A DNA stretch of 64,000 nucleotides from an uncultured virus (IMG/VR IMGVR_UViG_3300000313_000091). Lineage: Duplodnaviria > Heunggongvirae > Uroviricota > Caudoviricetes. The DNA is taken from IMG/VR virus record IMGVR_UViG_3300000313_000091, one strand, 5' to 3'. The position numbers and the translations under genes were made by a program. Shown one piece after another: positions 30,604 through 40,425 of this stretch (the first letter of the stretch is position 1; each line of letters opens with the position of its first letter). Below the pieces are notes generated by a model. It did no database searches. It had not been told where the DNA came from and saw nothing but the letters and a program-made list of their open reading frames with translations.

Positions 30604-31103
30604 AAAAGTACATTATACTTGTTGTGGCTTTGGCATTATTAAGCTCGTGCGGATCCAGCAAGCAGACGATAAAAGAGAATCTTACAGCTCAAACCGATTC
30701 TGTTTATTTACATCATGATTCTATGGCCGTTCAGATTGTATCTAAAAAGGTAGAAACCGAAACTGGCACGGAAGAAGTGGAAACTACGACAACCACATAC
30801 GATACGAAGACGACTGATAAAGATGGAACGCATCCCGTTCTTTCTAGGACAACATCAACATCTAAGAAAGGGATTAAGACGAATAAAGAAGAAACGACTT
30901 CACAAGCCAAGCAAATGGTAAATAAGGATAGTGCCAAGGTTAATAAGAAGTCAGACCATAAAAAGGACGCGGATAAAGCTAAGACTGAGACAACTGTGCC
31001 GAAGCAGATATCTCATCTTGTTTGGTCTGTAATTGTTCTTATTATTATTTTCATTGGTTGGAAATTTAGGGAAAAGATAAAGTTGTTTTTTCAAAAGAAA
31101 TAA
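30600..31103 (+). CDS. Putative unimolecular spanin
   Basis: Lipobox LSSC plus C-terminal TM and basic tail, last gene of the lysis cassette. Confidence 0.6.
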   Translation: MKKYIILVVALALLSSCGSSKQTIKENLTAQTDSVYLHHDSMAVQIVSKKVETETGTEEVETTTTTYDTKTTDKDGTHPVLSRTTSTSKKGIKTNKEETTSQAKQMVNKDSAKVNKKSDHKKDADKAKTETTVPKQISHLVWSVIVLIIIFIGWKFREKIKLFFQKK

Positions 31104-31148
31104 ATATTTTTACGATGTAGAAGTTATACTTTCTTGAGAGAAGGCTTT

Positions 31149-31184
31149 TCCCCGGGCTCTGAAAAGAATCTGGGGATTTCTTTT
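31149..31184 (+). terminator. Terminator after lysis cassette
   Basis: TCCCCGGGCTCT-gaaa-AGAATCTGGGGA then T-rich tract. Confidence 0.6.
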
Positions 31185-31259
31185 GTAGACTAGTTATTGT
31201 CTTCATATCGACCGAATTTTCAGCATAGAACTATGCTAAGACTTGATGTGGTCACTCTA

Positions 31260-33005
31260 TTATTTATTATTTGCTTCCTTTTCATTCAGTATTAATGTAT
31301 CTATGTAGGATTGAAACCTGATTGTCTTAAGATTTTTATAGCCTTTTCTTTGAGCTTTTCTCATTAAGAATTTATTAAATGGTAGCATCTTATTATTTTC
31401 ACAAGTATTCCTATATGCAATAAAGTCATTAATTATTGTTCCGAGATGCAGTTTTCCAGATGAAAAAAAATCTTCTAATTGAATAAGAGAATTTAATGAA
31501 ATCATTACGACTTCTTTAACAATATAATTAGACGAGACTTGACGGATAGATAATGCCTCTTGAAATTTGTTATTCAAAATATAGTTTATCCCTTCTATAT
31601 CAAAGCTACAATCTTGATAAACTATAACCGGAAATACATATATAGGTTTAATGGAAATATCAAAATTATCTATTTCTGAAAGTATAACATGTACTTTTTT
31701 TTCTATTGTATTTAATAATTGAGTTATGCCTTTGGGAATCGGTTTCTTTTTAAGAGTATGTGTCCGTTTTTCAATGGTACTCCATTCAAACAGTTCCAAT
31801 ATTTCTTTTTCAATTTTATCAAAATCTCCAGAATGTTTTGTATTTGCATCCAACATTACATCTTTGAATTCAAATAGAAAGATTTTATTTAATTTCCGCA
31901 TATAATAGTCAGGTTCTCCGTCAACAAGTTTGATTTTAAGATCATTACCACTTAGCAATACAGAATGGCTTTTTTTAAAACAACCTTCCATTATTTGGTA
32001 AAATAAATTGTGCTCTGTAAAATGATATCCAATTTCGCTTTTTAATGAATTATAATTTTTAATGATATGCCGTTTTTCTAACACGTGTGATAAGTCAAAT
32101 ATAAAACTTTGAAACATTTTGTCGATAAAGAAACTAATAACCATTACTACATATTGATTATTTCCTAAAGACAAAATAGGCTTTTCTCTAATACTCTTAA
32201 AATCAGTAGATGATATATAATTGTCAACGTCAATACTCATTAACTTTAAATAATTGACTTTATATTCTATTTGATTTAAGTCAATAATTTTATTTACTCC
32301 TCCATCTTGATAGGTTACCATTCCCAAATATAAATCAAATACAAAAAATAAGTATGAACCCCAACTATTTATGTTATATTCATCGAGAAAAACCTCTAAA
32401 TAGTTTTTGTATTTATCGCTATTTATGCAGAATTTTACGAACATATAGAATTTCATAAATTCTACACGATAATCTTTCGGAAATTCTATTTCATCAACTT
32501 TTAATTGTTCAGGTAATAATATTCTAATTGCAGAATCAGTATCCTTGATTTCAAGCAAATTGCTGGTTTGAAGATTAATTCGTTTATTACAGCAGATGAG
32601 GTAACCTATCATTAATTTCGAGAATTGTTTTTTTGTAAGGTCATTTACCCCGTTATTATTATGAGCTAATAAGTTATCCATTAAGATTAGTAGAGCTTTT
32701 TTGTCCAGAAAGATATATTCACCAATATTAATCCTTTGTAAATAGGACATTATTGTATCCTGAAGTTCCTTATCTATCTTAAATATTAAAGGCATAAATA
32801 GTTCATATTCTTGTTGCCCAATAAGCATTTGTGTCTTTTTAAAATAAAGGAGAGACACAAATTCGATCGCAGAAAAAGTGGGTATTTGAGTTAGTAATTT
32901 ATTTAAAGTATTATCCGCCGGTTCTGTGTTGAAAACATCGCTATATGAAATCATTCTTTTTGTTAATATTTCCTCCATTGATTTATGTATATTTATAAAA
33001 TGCAT
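31260..33005 (-). CDS. Putative PD-(D/E)xK nuclease-domain defence protein
   Basis: 581 aa, AT-rich; GEPDYY..IFLFEFKD motif. Confidence 0.55.
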   Translation of the reverse strand: MHFINIHKSMEEILTKRMISYSDVFNTEPADNTLNKLLTQIPTFSAIEFVSLLYFKKTQMLIGQQEYELFMPLIFKIDKELQDTIMSYLQRINIGEYIFLDKKALLILMDNLLAHNNNGVNDLTKKQFSKLMIGYLICCNKRINLQTSNLLEIKDTDSAIRILLPEQLKVDEIEFPKDYRVEFMKFYMFVKFCINSDKYKNYLEVFLDEYNINSWGSYLFFVFDLYLGMVTYQDGGVNKIIDLNQIEYKVNYLKLMSIDVDNYISSTDFKSIREKPILSLGNNQYVVMVISFFIDKMFQSFIFDLSHVLEKRHIIKNYNSLKSEIGYHFTEHNLFYQIMEGCFKKSHSVLLSGNDLKIKLVDGEPDYYMRKLNKIFLFEFKDVMLDANTKHSGDFDKIEKEILELFEWSTIEKRTHTLKKKPIPKGITQLLNTIEKKVHVILSEIDNFDISIKPIYVFPVIVYQDCSFDIEGINYILNNKFQEALSIRQVSSNYIVKEVVMISLNSLIQLEDFFSSGKLHLGTIINDFIAYRNTCENNKMLPFNKFLMRKAQRKGYKNLKTIRFQSYIDTLILNEKEANNK

Positions 33006-33084
33006 GAATAATTTTATTTAGCAGGTAAAGGCTTTCTACAAAGCATTATTACCATCAAAAGTCTTTTCTGTATTCAATTTTTGA

Positions 33085-34062
33085 TTATTTATTCCATTCA
33101 GGACAAACTATATTCGGAAATCTTATTCGACGCACCTCTTTTAATTTGCTCAGGTAATATTCATACATATTTTTATATGTAGTAAAAGCAGCATGTTCTA
33201 TGTCTTCATTAATTGTAATGCCATTATTGAGTAGTAGCCACATCTTCATTGCAATAGCCATGTAGCCCCATAGATTATCCATTTCAGGTAGAGATAGCTC
33301 ATTCATTAAATTTTCTATTCGTGTATCCATATCAGGATGTGTTCCACTACCGGATATAGAATCTTCGCCCATAAGTAGTATGCTGGAAAGTACAGTTGCA
33401 ATTCCAATTTTATATGTAAATCCAAATCGGGTTTCGTATTCTTCTTGAATAAAACTTATTGCGGTTGCGTCGGCTTTCATTTCATCTTGAATAGCATATT
33501 TATAACTGTTTTCAAAATGCGTATGTCCTAAAAAATTATGAGAAAATTCATGAGCATATATAAATGTAATGGCTCCACAATATATACCATTTGCTTTTTC
33601 AATAATTTCGGTATATGGTTCTGGGAAAACTATATTAGGCTTGTTCCAATATAACTCTTTAATAAAATGATCCAAAAGTCTTCTACCATTAAAGAACATT
33701 TCATTTGCAAATTCTAAATCTTTCTCGTTAGCTACATAGTTATCGATATTTGTACCTGCCATATTCATCATTGGTATTTGTACTTTATTGTCAAAATATA
33801 CAGATAGATACAACCCAACAGACCATATATATTGGCCGAAGTTTTCACTTATTCGAATATGGAATAAATTATCCTTTGCTTTTTCAATATATGCAGTATT
33901 TTTAATTACCCCTTGTTCTTGGATAAAAGTAAAATGAGAGGATAAGTCATTTGTTAGGCAATCTCCTTTTACAGCATCAATTAATTCTTTGATTTGCTCT
34001 ATATATTCAATTGCATTAAATGATAATGATTCTATAGGTAGGAAAAATCGATTATTTTGCAT
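33085..34062 (-). CDS. Lit-like (peptidase U49) zinc metallopeptidase
   Basis: FIYAHEFSHNFLGH, DEMKADATA, THPDMDTRI. Confidence 0.75.
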   Translation of the reverse strand: MQNNRFFLPIESLSFNAIEYIEQIKELIDAVKGDCLTNDLSSHFTFIQEQGVIKNTAYIEKAKDNLFHIRISENFGQYIWSVGLYLSVYFDNKVQIPMMNMAGTNIDNYVANEKDLEFANEMFFNGRRLLDHFIKELYWNKPNIVFPEPYTEIIEKANGIYCGAITFIYAHEFSHNFLGHTHFENSYKYAIQDEMKADATAISFIQEEYETRFGFTYKIGIATVLSSILLMGEDSISGSGTHPDMDTRIENLMNELSLPEMDNLWGYMAIAMKMWLLLNNGITINEDIEHAAFTTYKNMYEYYLSKLKEVRRIRFPNIVCPEWNK

Positions 34063-34323
34063 ACTTTTTATGTTTAAAATTTAATTATATGACAACGTTG
34101 TATTGAAAATCTCATGAGTGACCGTATTCTTCATAAAAATGCTCAGATAAAACGATCAAATTAATCAAAAGTAAATAAACATCTTCATTAATCCCCATAA
34201 CACTTCTATGTTAAAATTTTATTGATGTGACAAAGGCAATAATGTTGGAGCAAAACCTTAAAAGCACATCAGCTGTCAAATACCCATCATTGTGCCGTCT
34301 GGTTTTTAAAATTATTTATATTG

Positions 34324-35103
34324 TTATTCAAATAAATTAGGTATACTTTCATTTAGATAGTTATTTACTATCTTATATTTTACAATTTTGTCTCCAGCCT
34401 TTAAAATTTCGACATCTACAATATACCCTATTTTTTGCCAATCCACTCCATCTTTAGAAGTAGTCATATCTTTTTTTGCTTTTGAATCATCATCTTCAAA
34501 AATAACCGGAATTGGTGATTCGGGTAAAATATTGTCTATGATTCCCTTATTTCCTTTATTAACTTTGTTTTTGTCGAAACAAGTTTGATACCAATAGAAT
34601 AATACCTTTTTTCTAAAATAAGAGCTTTCTGGTTCTTCTTGTTTACCAATACTACCTTTAATTAAGGTCGGCGTGTTTTCACCAATCATTTCAGATTCTG
34701 CTTGCGAAAAACTAACTTTTTGTTTTCCATAATTTATATTTATTGTACAGTTGTGACCGCAATTTAAAATTGGTTTGACAATGCATGAAGCATTCTCTAT
34801 ACTTTTATTCGTGAAAGAACTGATTTGATTATCTCCGAGAATATATTTTTTAATATCATTCATATGATTGAGAAAGTCAATCACAATATTAGTATCTGAT
34901 AGAAAAGCTAAAGTTGAAGGTATAGCTCCAATCACAAAATCGACAATGTAACTACCTTGTCGTATTTTGTCTATACGTAGTTCTTTACTTCCATTATTTG
35001 ATCTTTTGAATTCGTCATTTAAAGCTACTAGCGATTTTGAAAACGCTTCAACGGAAATGGTTTCTGTAGTGTCAATTACGAATGATAATTTTTCTTCTGG
35101 CAT
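34324..35103 (-). CDS. Hypothetical accessory protein
   Basis: 259-aa ORF in the accessory island. Confidence 0.6.
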   Translation of the reverse strand: MPEEKLSFVIDTTETISVEAFSKSLVALNDEFKRSNNGSKELRIDKIRQGSYIVDFVIGAIPSTLAFLSDTNIVIDFLNHMNDIKKYILGDNQISSFTNKSIENASCIVKPILNCGHNCTININYGKQKVSFSQAESEMIGENTPTLIKGSIGKQEEPESSYFRKKVLFYWYQTCFDKNKVNKGNKGIIDNILPESPIPVIFEDDDSKAKKDMTTSKDGVDWQKIGYIVDVEILKAGDKIVKYKIVNNYLNESIPNLFE

Positions 35104-35295
35104 GATTTTATTCGATTTGAGTTTTAATTAAATTTGTTAGTTCGCTTTAGCAATGTTTTTATCTACTTTAATTCATTGCTCATAATGAAGAAGGTTGCTG
35201 TACTAACTTTTCTATTTGCGTAAACATTTGCTGACGTGAAACATACAAGGTGAATGTCAAAAAGCAAAATTAGAAAAGCCATCAGCTACAATTTT

Positions 35296-37911
35296 CTATA
35301 TGCGTGGTTGGTATGTCTTAATGTTTTCTTGTAACTTTAGACAGTGTATGTTGTCACTGTCTAAAGCGAGCCCCATTTTTACATACTTCGATGCTAATAT
35401 TGGATTATTGTTATTTAAAAGAAGCCAAGCTAAGCGCGAATAATCAGTTGGTGATGCTTCTTCAATCCGTCGAATCATTGTGTCTGTAATTTTTTGAAGA
35501 AGTAGTTGCTTGTATTCTACTTGGCGCTCTTCTGGGTGATGTCTAAAATAATAATTAATTCTATTTGCGCAATTGCTAATTAGCTCGTAAGTAATTCCTT
35601 GAATAGTTGCTAATTCGGACAAAGCTTGACTTTCACCTTCCCAGTCTTTTGTAATCTTGCAGATATCTGCAAGATTAAACCACCTTTTTGCTTTTTCTTC
35701 ATCTGGCAATGCTGTCTTAAGTAATTCTCTTAATGCGTATTTCATACCCTTAAAATTATAATATTCTTGGTATATTGAATAAATATGCATCCATGCTTTT
35801 GGAAATCGAGACGCAATATATTCGAGAGAAGGTAGTTCTACTTTAAATTCCTCTATTGAGTTTATTCGTTTTGCAACTTCAGAGAATTTTCTTTCAATTC
35901 GAGATTCTAAACCACGACTGAGGTTTTTTTGATTACTTGCTCCAAATTCCAATAAAAGTGCTCTATCTGAATATATTTTTAATTTTTCTGGATAAACTTC
36001 TAACTCTGTTTTTCCAAATATGGCCGCAGCCAAAGGCACGTTTATGAGAGTTTCTTCGTCATCATTAGACAACTCAATAAATGAACTCTTTTGCAATTCA
36101 TCTATAGCCCCTTGAACATCTATTTTTTCGTTTGTTGGTCTCCAAAGAACAGCCTCTATTGCAATTTCAGGGATTGAAGAGTTCCAACTGCAAAGGGTTA
36201 GAAAAACACGTTTTGCTGCAGGAGATAAAGTATCAAATGTTCTTTTAAAAAGCGCAGAAAGAACTTTATCATTTTCAGCAACTATGCGTTGTATTTTTTT
36301 TATTTCTTTAGTTTTTGCAACTTCTCCTAGTAAAATTTTTATTATGTATGGATGCCCATCTGATTCTGTAATTAATTCTTCAATATATTTATTTGTTATT
36401 ACATTTTGGATGTTGAATTTAGATGATAAAACGTTAATTAGTTCATGACATTCGGGGTCACTCATACCACCCACTTCTATTGGGTAATCAGCCTTAAAGT
36501 TTCTGCTTATTCTAGACGTAATTAATACTTTATTGGGGTTTCTTACATATGTGTTTATCCATTCAAAAACTTCTATAGGATTTGTTATAGTCTCAAAATT
36601 GTCAAATACATATAATGCTTTTCCTAGTGAATTTTTCGTCAATTCCTTTGAAAAAAAATCAATTTTATCCTTAATTTCTCTATCAGGATATAATAGTTGA
36701 CAATAATCATGTGCAATATCTTTCTGATTTAATACTTTAGTTTGAACTTGTTTTGGACCCTCAAGATTCAAATCAATGTCTCTTGCACTAAACCATATGA
36801 TCAAATCAAATCTCTTTGTAGATGCTTGTTCCCTAATTACATGAATTGCTAGTGAAGTTTTTCCAATGCCTCCGCGACCCTTCAATGTGATTATTGGGAA
36901 ACGATCTTCAACTGAAATTACAGAATTGAGTTCCTCTTCTAATGTACCTCTTCTTATATAGTTCTCTGATTGAATTGGTAAATTTGTAAAGCAATTTCCT
37001 AAAACATCTAACTGAGATAATCCCTCTGTTTCTGAACTAGGCAGACTAGTAACTGGATTCATATATAATTTTGCACATTTTTCAACTCTACAATCACTTA
37101 TATAAGAAATTGTTTCAAATTTCTCATTTTTTAAATTCCCATTTGGATAATAGAAATCTGATAATTCTGGATCTGAATAAAGTAGATTGATTTTTCTAGG
37201 ATAGTCTACTAAACAATATATTCCACTTTCAAAATTATCTTTATTCTCTCGTTTTAAATAGTCAAATTGGTCGCAGCCCTTTAGTAAATATGATATTCGA
37301 TATTTTCCAGAAAGATTGCGGAAAAAATAGGCCCAAGGGCGATTGAATAAATTCAAATTATCAAGAATTAGACTTATTGAATGTAGCAGTAAAGGGCAAG
37401 CTTTAGAGCAAGGTTCCAACTTGGTTGCTCCGTGCCCTTTTGTTTTATTTCTTAAAACTGTGAATAGATGAAACCATATTCTTAATGGAGCTTTAGCTCC
37501 TATTTTTTCGTGTTCAATATTAAAAAGGTCTAAACAAATTCCGAGTTGAGTTAGCGCCTCAAATTGCCAATTCCCGCTAGCTACTCTTTGAGTTAATTCT
37601 TTATATTCTAAATCTAGAATGCTAGGAGATAAAATTTGTGCAGTTGGACCGACTAGTATGCCATCAATTGTTTTCGAAAAGTCTCCAATAGCATTTGCTC
37701 TAACCAGAAAATGCTCATGTCGATATTTGGTTCTTTCGTTATCCTCATTAATACATGCAACTAGAAAGAGAGTGATTGTCTTTGTTAGTTGTTCTCCTAA
37801 GAGCAGTAAATCGTAAAAGTATGCTAAATCGGAATCTTCTTTTGTTGATTCTAATCTGTCAATCATTCTTTCAATAGGTTTAATTCTTTTCATCCTTTTT
37901 TTTTTATGCAA
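35296..37911 (-). CDS. STAND/NB-ARC ATPase with N-terminal HEPN-like motif and C-terminal TPR-like region
   Basis: GRGGIGKT Walker A, VFDNFE Walker B, LITSR sensor, GHPY; RNKTKGH in the N-terminal domain. Confidence 0.8.
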   Translation of the reverse strand: MHKKKRMKRIKPIERMIDRLESTKEDSDLAYFYDLLLLGEQLTKTITLFLVACINEDNERTKYRHEHFLVRANAIGDFSKTIDGILVGPTAQILSPSILDLEYKELTQRVASGNWQFEALTQLGICLDLFNIEHEKIGAKAPLRIWFHLFTVLRNKTKGHGATKLEPCSKACPLLLHSISLILDNLNLFNRPWAYFFRNLSGKYRISYLLKGCDQFDYLKRENKDNFESGIYCLVDYPRKINLLYSDPELSDFYYPNGNLKNEKFETISYISDCRVEKCAKLYMNPVTSLPSSETEGLSQLDVLGNCFTNLPIQSENYIRRGTLEEELNSVISVEDRFPIITLKGRGGIGKTSLAIHVIREQASTKRFDLIIWFSARDIDLNLEGPKQVQTKVLNQKDIAHDYCQLLYPDREIKDKIDFFSKELTKNSLGKALYVFDNFETITNPIEVFEWINTYVRNPNKVLITSRISRNFKADYPIEVGGMSDPECHELINVLSSKFNIQNVITNKYIEELITESDGHPYIIKILLGEVAKTKEIKKIQRIVAENDKVLSALFKRTFDTLSPAAKRVFLTLCSWNSSIPEIAIEAVLWRPTNEKIDVQGAIDELQKSSFIELSNDDEETLINVPLAAAIFGKTELEVYPEKLKIYSDRALLLEFGASNQKNLSRGLESRIERKFSEVAKRINSIEEFKVELPSLEYIASRFPKAWMHIYSIYQEYYNFKGMKYALRELLKTALPDEEKAKRWFNLADICKITKDWEGESQALSELATIQGITYELISNCANRINYYFRHHPEERQVEYKQLLLQKITDTMIRRIEEASPTDYSRLAWLLLNNNNPILASKYVKMGLALDSDNIHCLKLQENIKTYQPRI

Positions 37912-38394
37912 AAGAGCAGGGAATCAGAGAGCTTTTTAACCGTAATTTATAGTCATATTTAAGGGCTTTCTTACGCAAATTATAAATGCCATTGAAACAG
38001 GATGGATTTATTCTTTGTTAGCCAAATATAAGCTCTGTTAGACTGTTTTTTGTAACTGATTATTTCTTAAGCTATTTATGCATTATGATTTTTTTTGTTT
38101 AATTTTGTCCAAATATAATAACACTTTTTTAATTTGCAATAAAAACATTTATTTAATTTCTAATTTATTTTGTATTTGATTGTTCTATGTGTAAAAATTT
38201 ATTATCAGAGAAATACTAATTTTGTGGCATCGAAGTTGTTTTTTTGAGAAATGATTTTAGTCCCATTCTCTGAAAAGGAGGTCGGATTTTATTTTTGCTT
38301 GATTAATTGTTATAGCTTAAATTGTTAAAAAGGGGAATAATTTTCTTATTATTAACCCATTATTCTAAATTTGCGGGAATAAAAGAAGAATGTA

Positions 38395-38772
38395 ATGGAA
38401 GAATTAGAAGCAAATAAAATGATTGAATTACTAAAGAAAGGTGATATACGTGTAGTAATGGAATCGCAAAGTATTTTTACTATTTCATTTACATGCAACA
38501 ATCGTGTTATTTATTTTCACAACAGTGGATCCTATGATTCATATTCTGTTAACCCAAGTGGCCTATCCTATAAAAATTTATTAGGAAGACTTTCATCAAT
38601 TATAAGAATTGAAAAAATAATTGACTCTGAATATTATCCTATTTGGACAAAAGAAGATGGAGAAATAATACGTGGTGAAAACTTTGTAAAACTTAGAGGT
38701 AGATATTACACTATATATTTTCTAGAACAATTAATTGATAAAATTTCAGAGTTCAAAAAAATGAATATTTGA
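38395..38772 (+). CDS. Hypothetical protein
   Basis: 125-aa ORF with TAAATTTG -7 box upstream. Confidence 0.55.
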   Translation: MEELEANKMIELLKKGDIRVVMESQSIFTISFTCNNRVIYFHNSGSYDSYSVNPSGLSYKNLLGRLSSIIRIEKIIDSEYYPIWTKEDGEIIRGENFVKLRGRYYTIYFLEQLIDKISEFKKMNI

Positions 38773-38930
38773 TGACATTGCTCAATATTCTCTGTAATTA
38801 AAGAAAATTGTCATGAGCTGTTTTATTTGTAAACTTTCTTCTAAGCAAAGATCTCAACGAGAATATTTTTGTCAGAAAAACTATTAACTAAAAAGATTAT
38901 CATAAGTTTTATGGGAAATTACTCATCATT

Positions 38931-38945
38931 TTATAAAGATAAAAC
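38931..38945 (+). promoter_or_regulatory. Late-promoter motif copy 3
   Basis: TTATAAAGATAAAAC, 25 nt before TTTG. Confidence 0.6.
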
Positions 38946-38988
38946 CTTAGTTTTCCAAAATGTTTCTTCCTTTGCAAAAATAGATATT

Positions 38989-39414
38989 ATGGATATTCAG
39001 ATATTGAAGTCGGATGTAATGGGAATCATTTCAGAAGAATCAGCCTATAAAAGTTCCCATGCTACGGAGAATAAGTTTGATAAGCAATTTATAAAAGTTC
39101 AGGACTGGACATATATCGGCAATCATTGGACCGCTGCAAAACAGATAATGATAGATGTGTTGAAGAAATTCCTTACTTCTGTCACGGATAGTACGGATGG
39201 AGATTTTGATGTGTCACTGACTATTCCAAACTTTGATTCTAATCTATCTACTTCATTGACATCTGCCATAAATCGTTTCATCATCAATTATCTGATGTGT
39301 CAATGGATGATAGTTAATGATGATGAGGATGCGAAGGAATATGATGCTTTGTATAAAGACAATATACAAAGTGTGAAGAATTTTATTTATAGTAGAACAA
39401 AACCAACTTACTAA
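38989..39414 (+). CDS. Putative neck/ring adaptor protein 1
   Basis: Start revised to ATG 38989 downstream of the promoter motif; paralog of the next two genes. Confidence 0.55.
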   Translation: MDIQILKSDVMGIISEESAYKSSHATENKFDKQFIKVQDWTYIGNHWTAAKQIMIDVLKKFLTSVTDSTDGDFDVSLTIPNFDSNLSTSLTSAINRFIINYLMCQWMIVNDDEDAKEYDALYKDNIQSVKNFIYSRTKPTY

Positions 39415-39899
39415 TGCAATCAATAGCTATCACACTAAACAAGAAAGATTTATTCTTTGAAGTGAAGAATAAACTCTATACGATCTCGGAAAGTCGTAAG
39501 ACGCCTGAGAATCTTGAAGCGGTTGACTATATTAAAGTCAATGATGATACTAATGATCAATATCGTGTATTGAGTTCTTTTGGTAAATCAAAAAATGAGG
39601 TAGAGAATTTATTATCAAAGTATTCGTCGAATAGTGCTACTATAGTGCAGGATGAAACGATTGATACTAAATTGACCGACACACTGACATTTGCTCTTTC
39701 TATGCCGGATAATTTCGCCAATAATGCAAAGTTATCAAATGCAATACATAATTATCTAGTTGATAAAGCTGTGTTTGATTGGCTGATGGTAGCTGCACCA
39801 AATGAGGCAACACCTTATCAAGGAGTATATACTAGTGATCTGCAAGAAATAGTTTTGATATTTAATAAAAGGAGTAAACCGACTTATGCTGAATCCTAA
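39414..39899 (+). CDS. Putative neck/ring adaptor protein 2
   Basis: AIHNYLVDKAVFDWL..RSKPT. Confidence 0.55.
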   Translation: MQSIAITLNKKDLFFEVKNKLYTISESRKTPENLEAVDYIKVNDDTNDQYRVLSSFGKSKNEVENLLSKYSSNSATIVQDETIDTKLTDTLTFALSMPDNFANNAKLSNAIHNYLVDKAVFDWLMVAAPNEATPYQGVYTSDLQEIVLIFNKRSKPTYAES

Positions 39900-40383
39900 A
39901 ACATTTACCGTAGCCCTTAACGTCAAAGCGATTATTTCGGATATTAAAATGAAAGCTTATTTGATTGCTCAAAAATACCCGGATAGTGAACAGAAGACAG
40001 AAATAGAGGATATCGGAACAAGTAACATTGATATGCTGTACCGATTTATTCAACGTGCCACTACCACATTGATAGAGGGGTTATATTTTGCAACTCGATC
40101 TATTGCTGATGATGGAACAAGTAAAGATAACTCTTTATCCCGCACCGATAGTATAGGCATTGTTCTTGTACTTCCTTTTGATTTTTCGTCAACATCACTC
40201 AATGCTGTAATAGAGTATTGTCATGATTATTTCGTGTCAACGGGATTATTTGAATTCCTTTTTATCTCTGACGAGAAAGAGGCTGAGAAGTGGAATCAGA
40301 AAGCCATGGACGATTTGGAAAAGATAAAAGAATATGCCTCCGAAAAGGTTCTCCCCTTTCGAAGACAATCAAGTGTATTTTAG
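39886..40383 (+). CDS. Putative neck/ring adaptor protein 3
   Basis: YCHDYFVSTGLFEFL paralogous pattern. Confidence 0.55.
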   Translation: MLNPKTFTVALNVKAIISDIKMKAYLIAQKYPDSEQKTEIEDIGTSNIDMLYRFIQRATTTLIEGLYFATRSIADDGTSKDNSLSRTDSIGIVLVLPFDFSSTSLNAVIEYCHDYFVSTGLFEFLFISDEKEAEKWNQKAMDDLEKIKEYASEKVLPFRRQSSVF

Positions 40384-40413
40384 AAAGAGCAGCCTAATGG
40401 TTACTCTTTCTTT
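40382..40413. terminator. Bidirectional terminator
   Basis: AGAAAGAG..CTCTTTCT hairpin between convergent genes. Confidence 0.65.
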
Positions 40414-40425
40414 ATAGCTATTATC

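Noticed and set aside
33005..35296. Integron-like cassette junctions between island genes
   Set aside because: The spacers show no clear shared repeat or attC-like symmetry that I can demonstrate
38869..38988. N-terminal extension of the 181-aa ORF
   Set aside because: TTG start lies upstream of the promoter motif; ATG 38989 fits better
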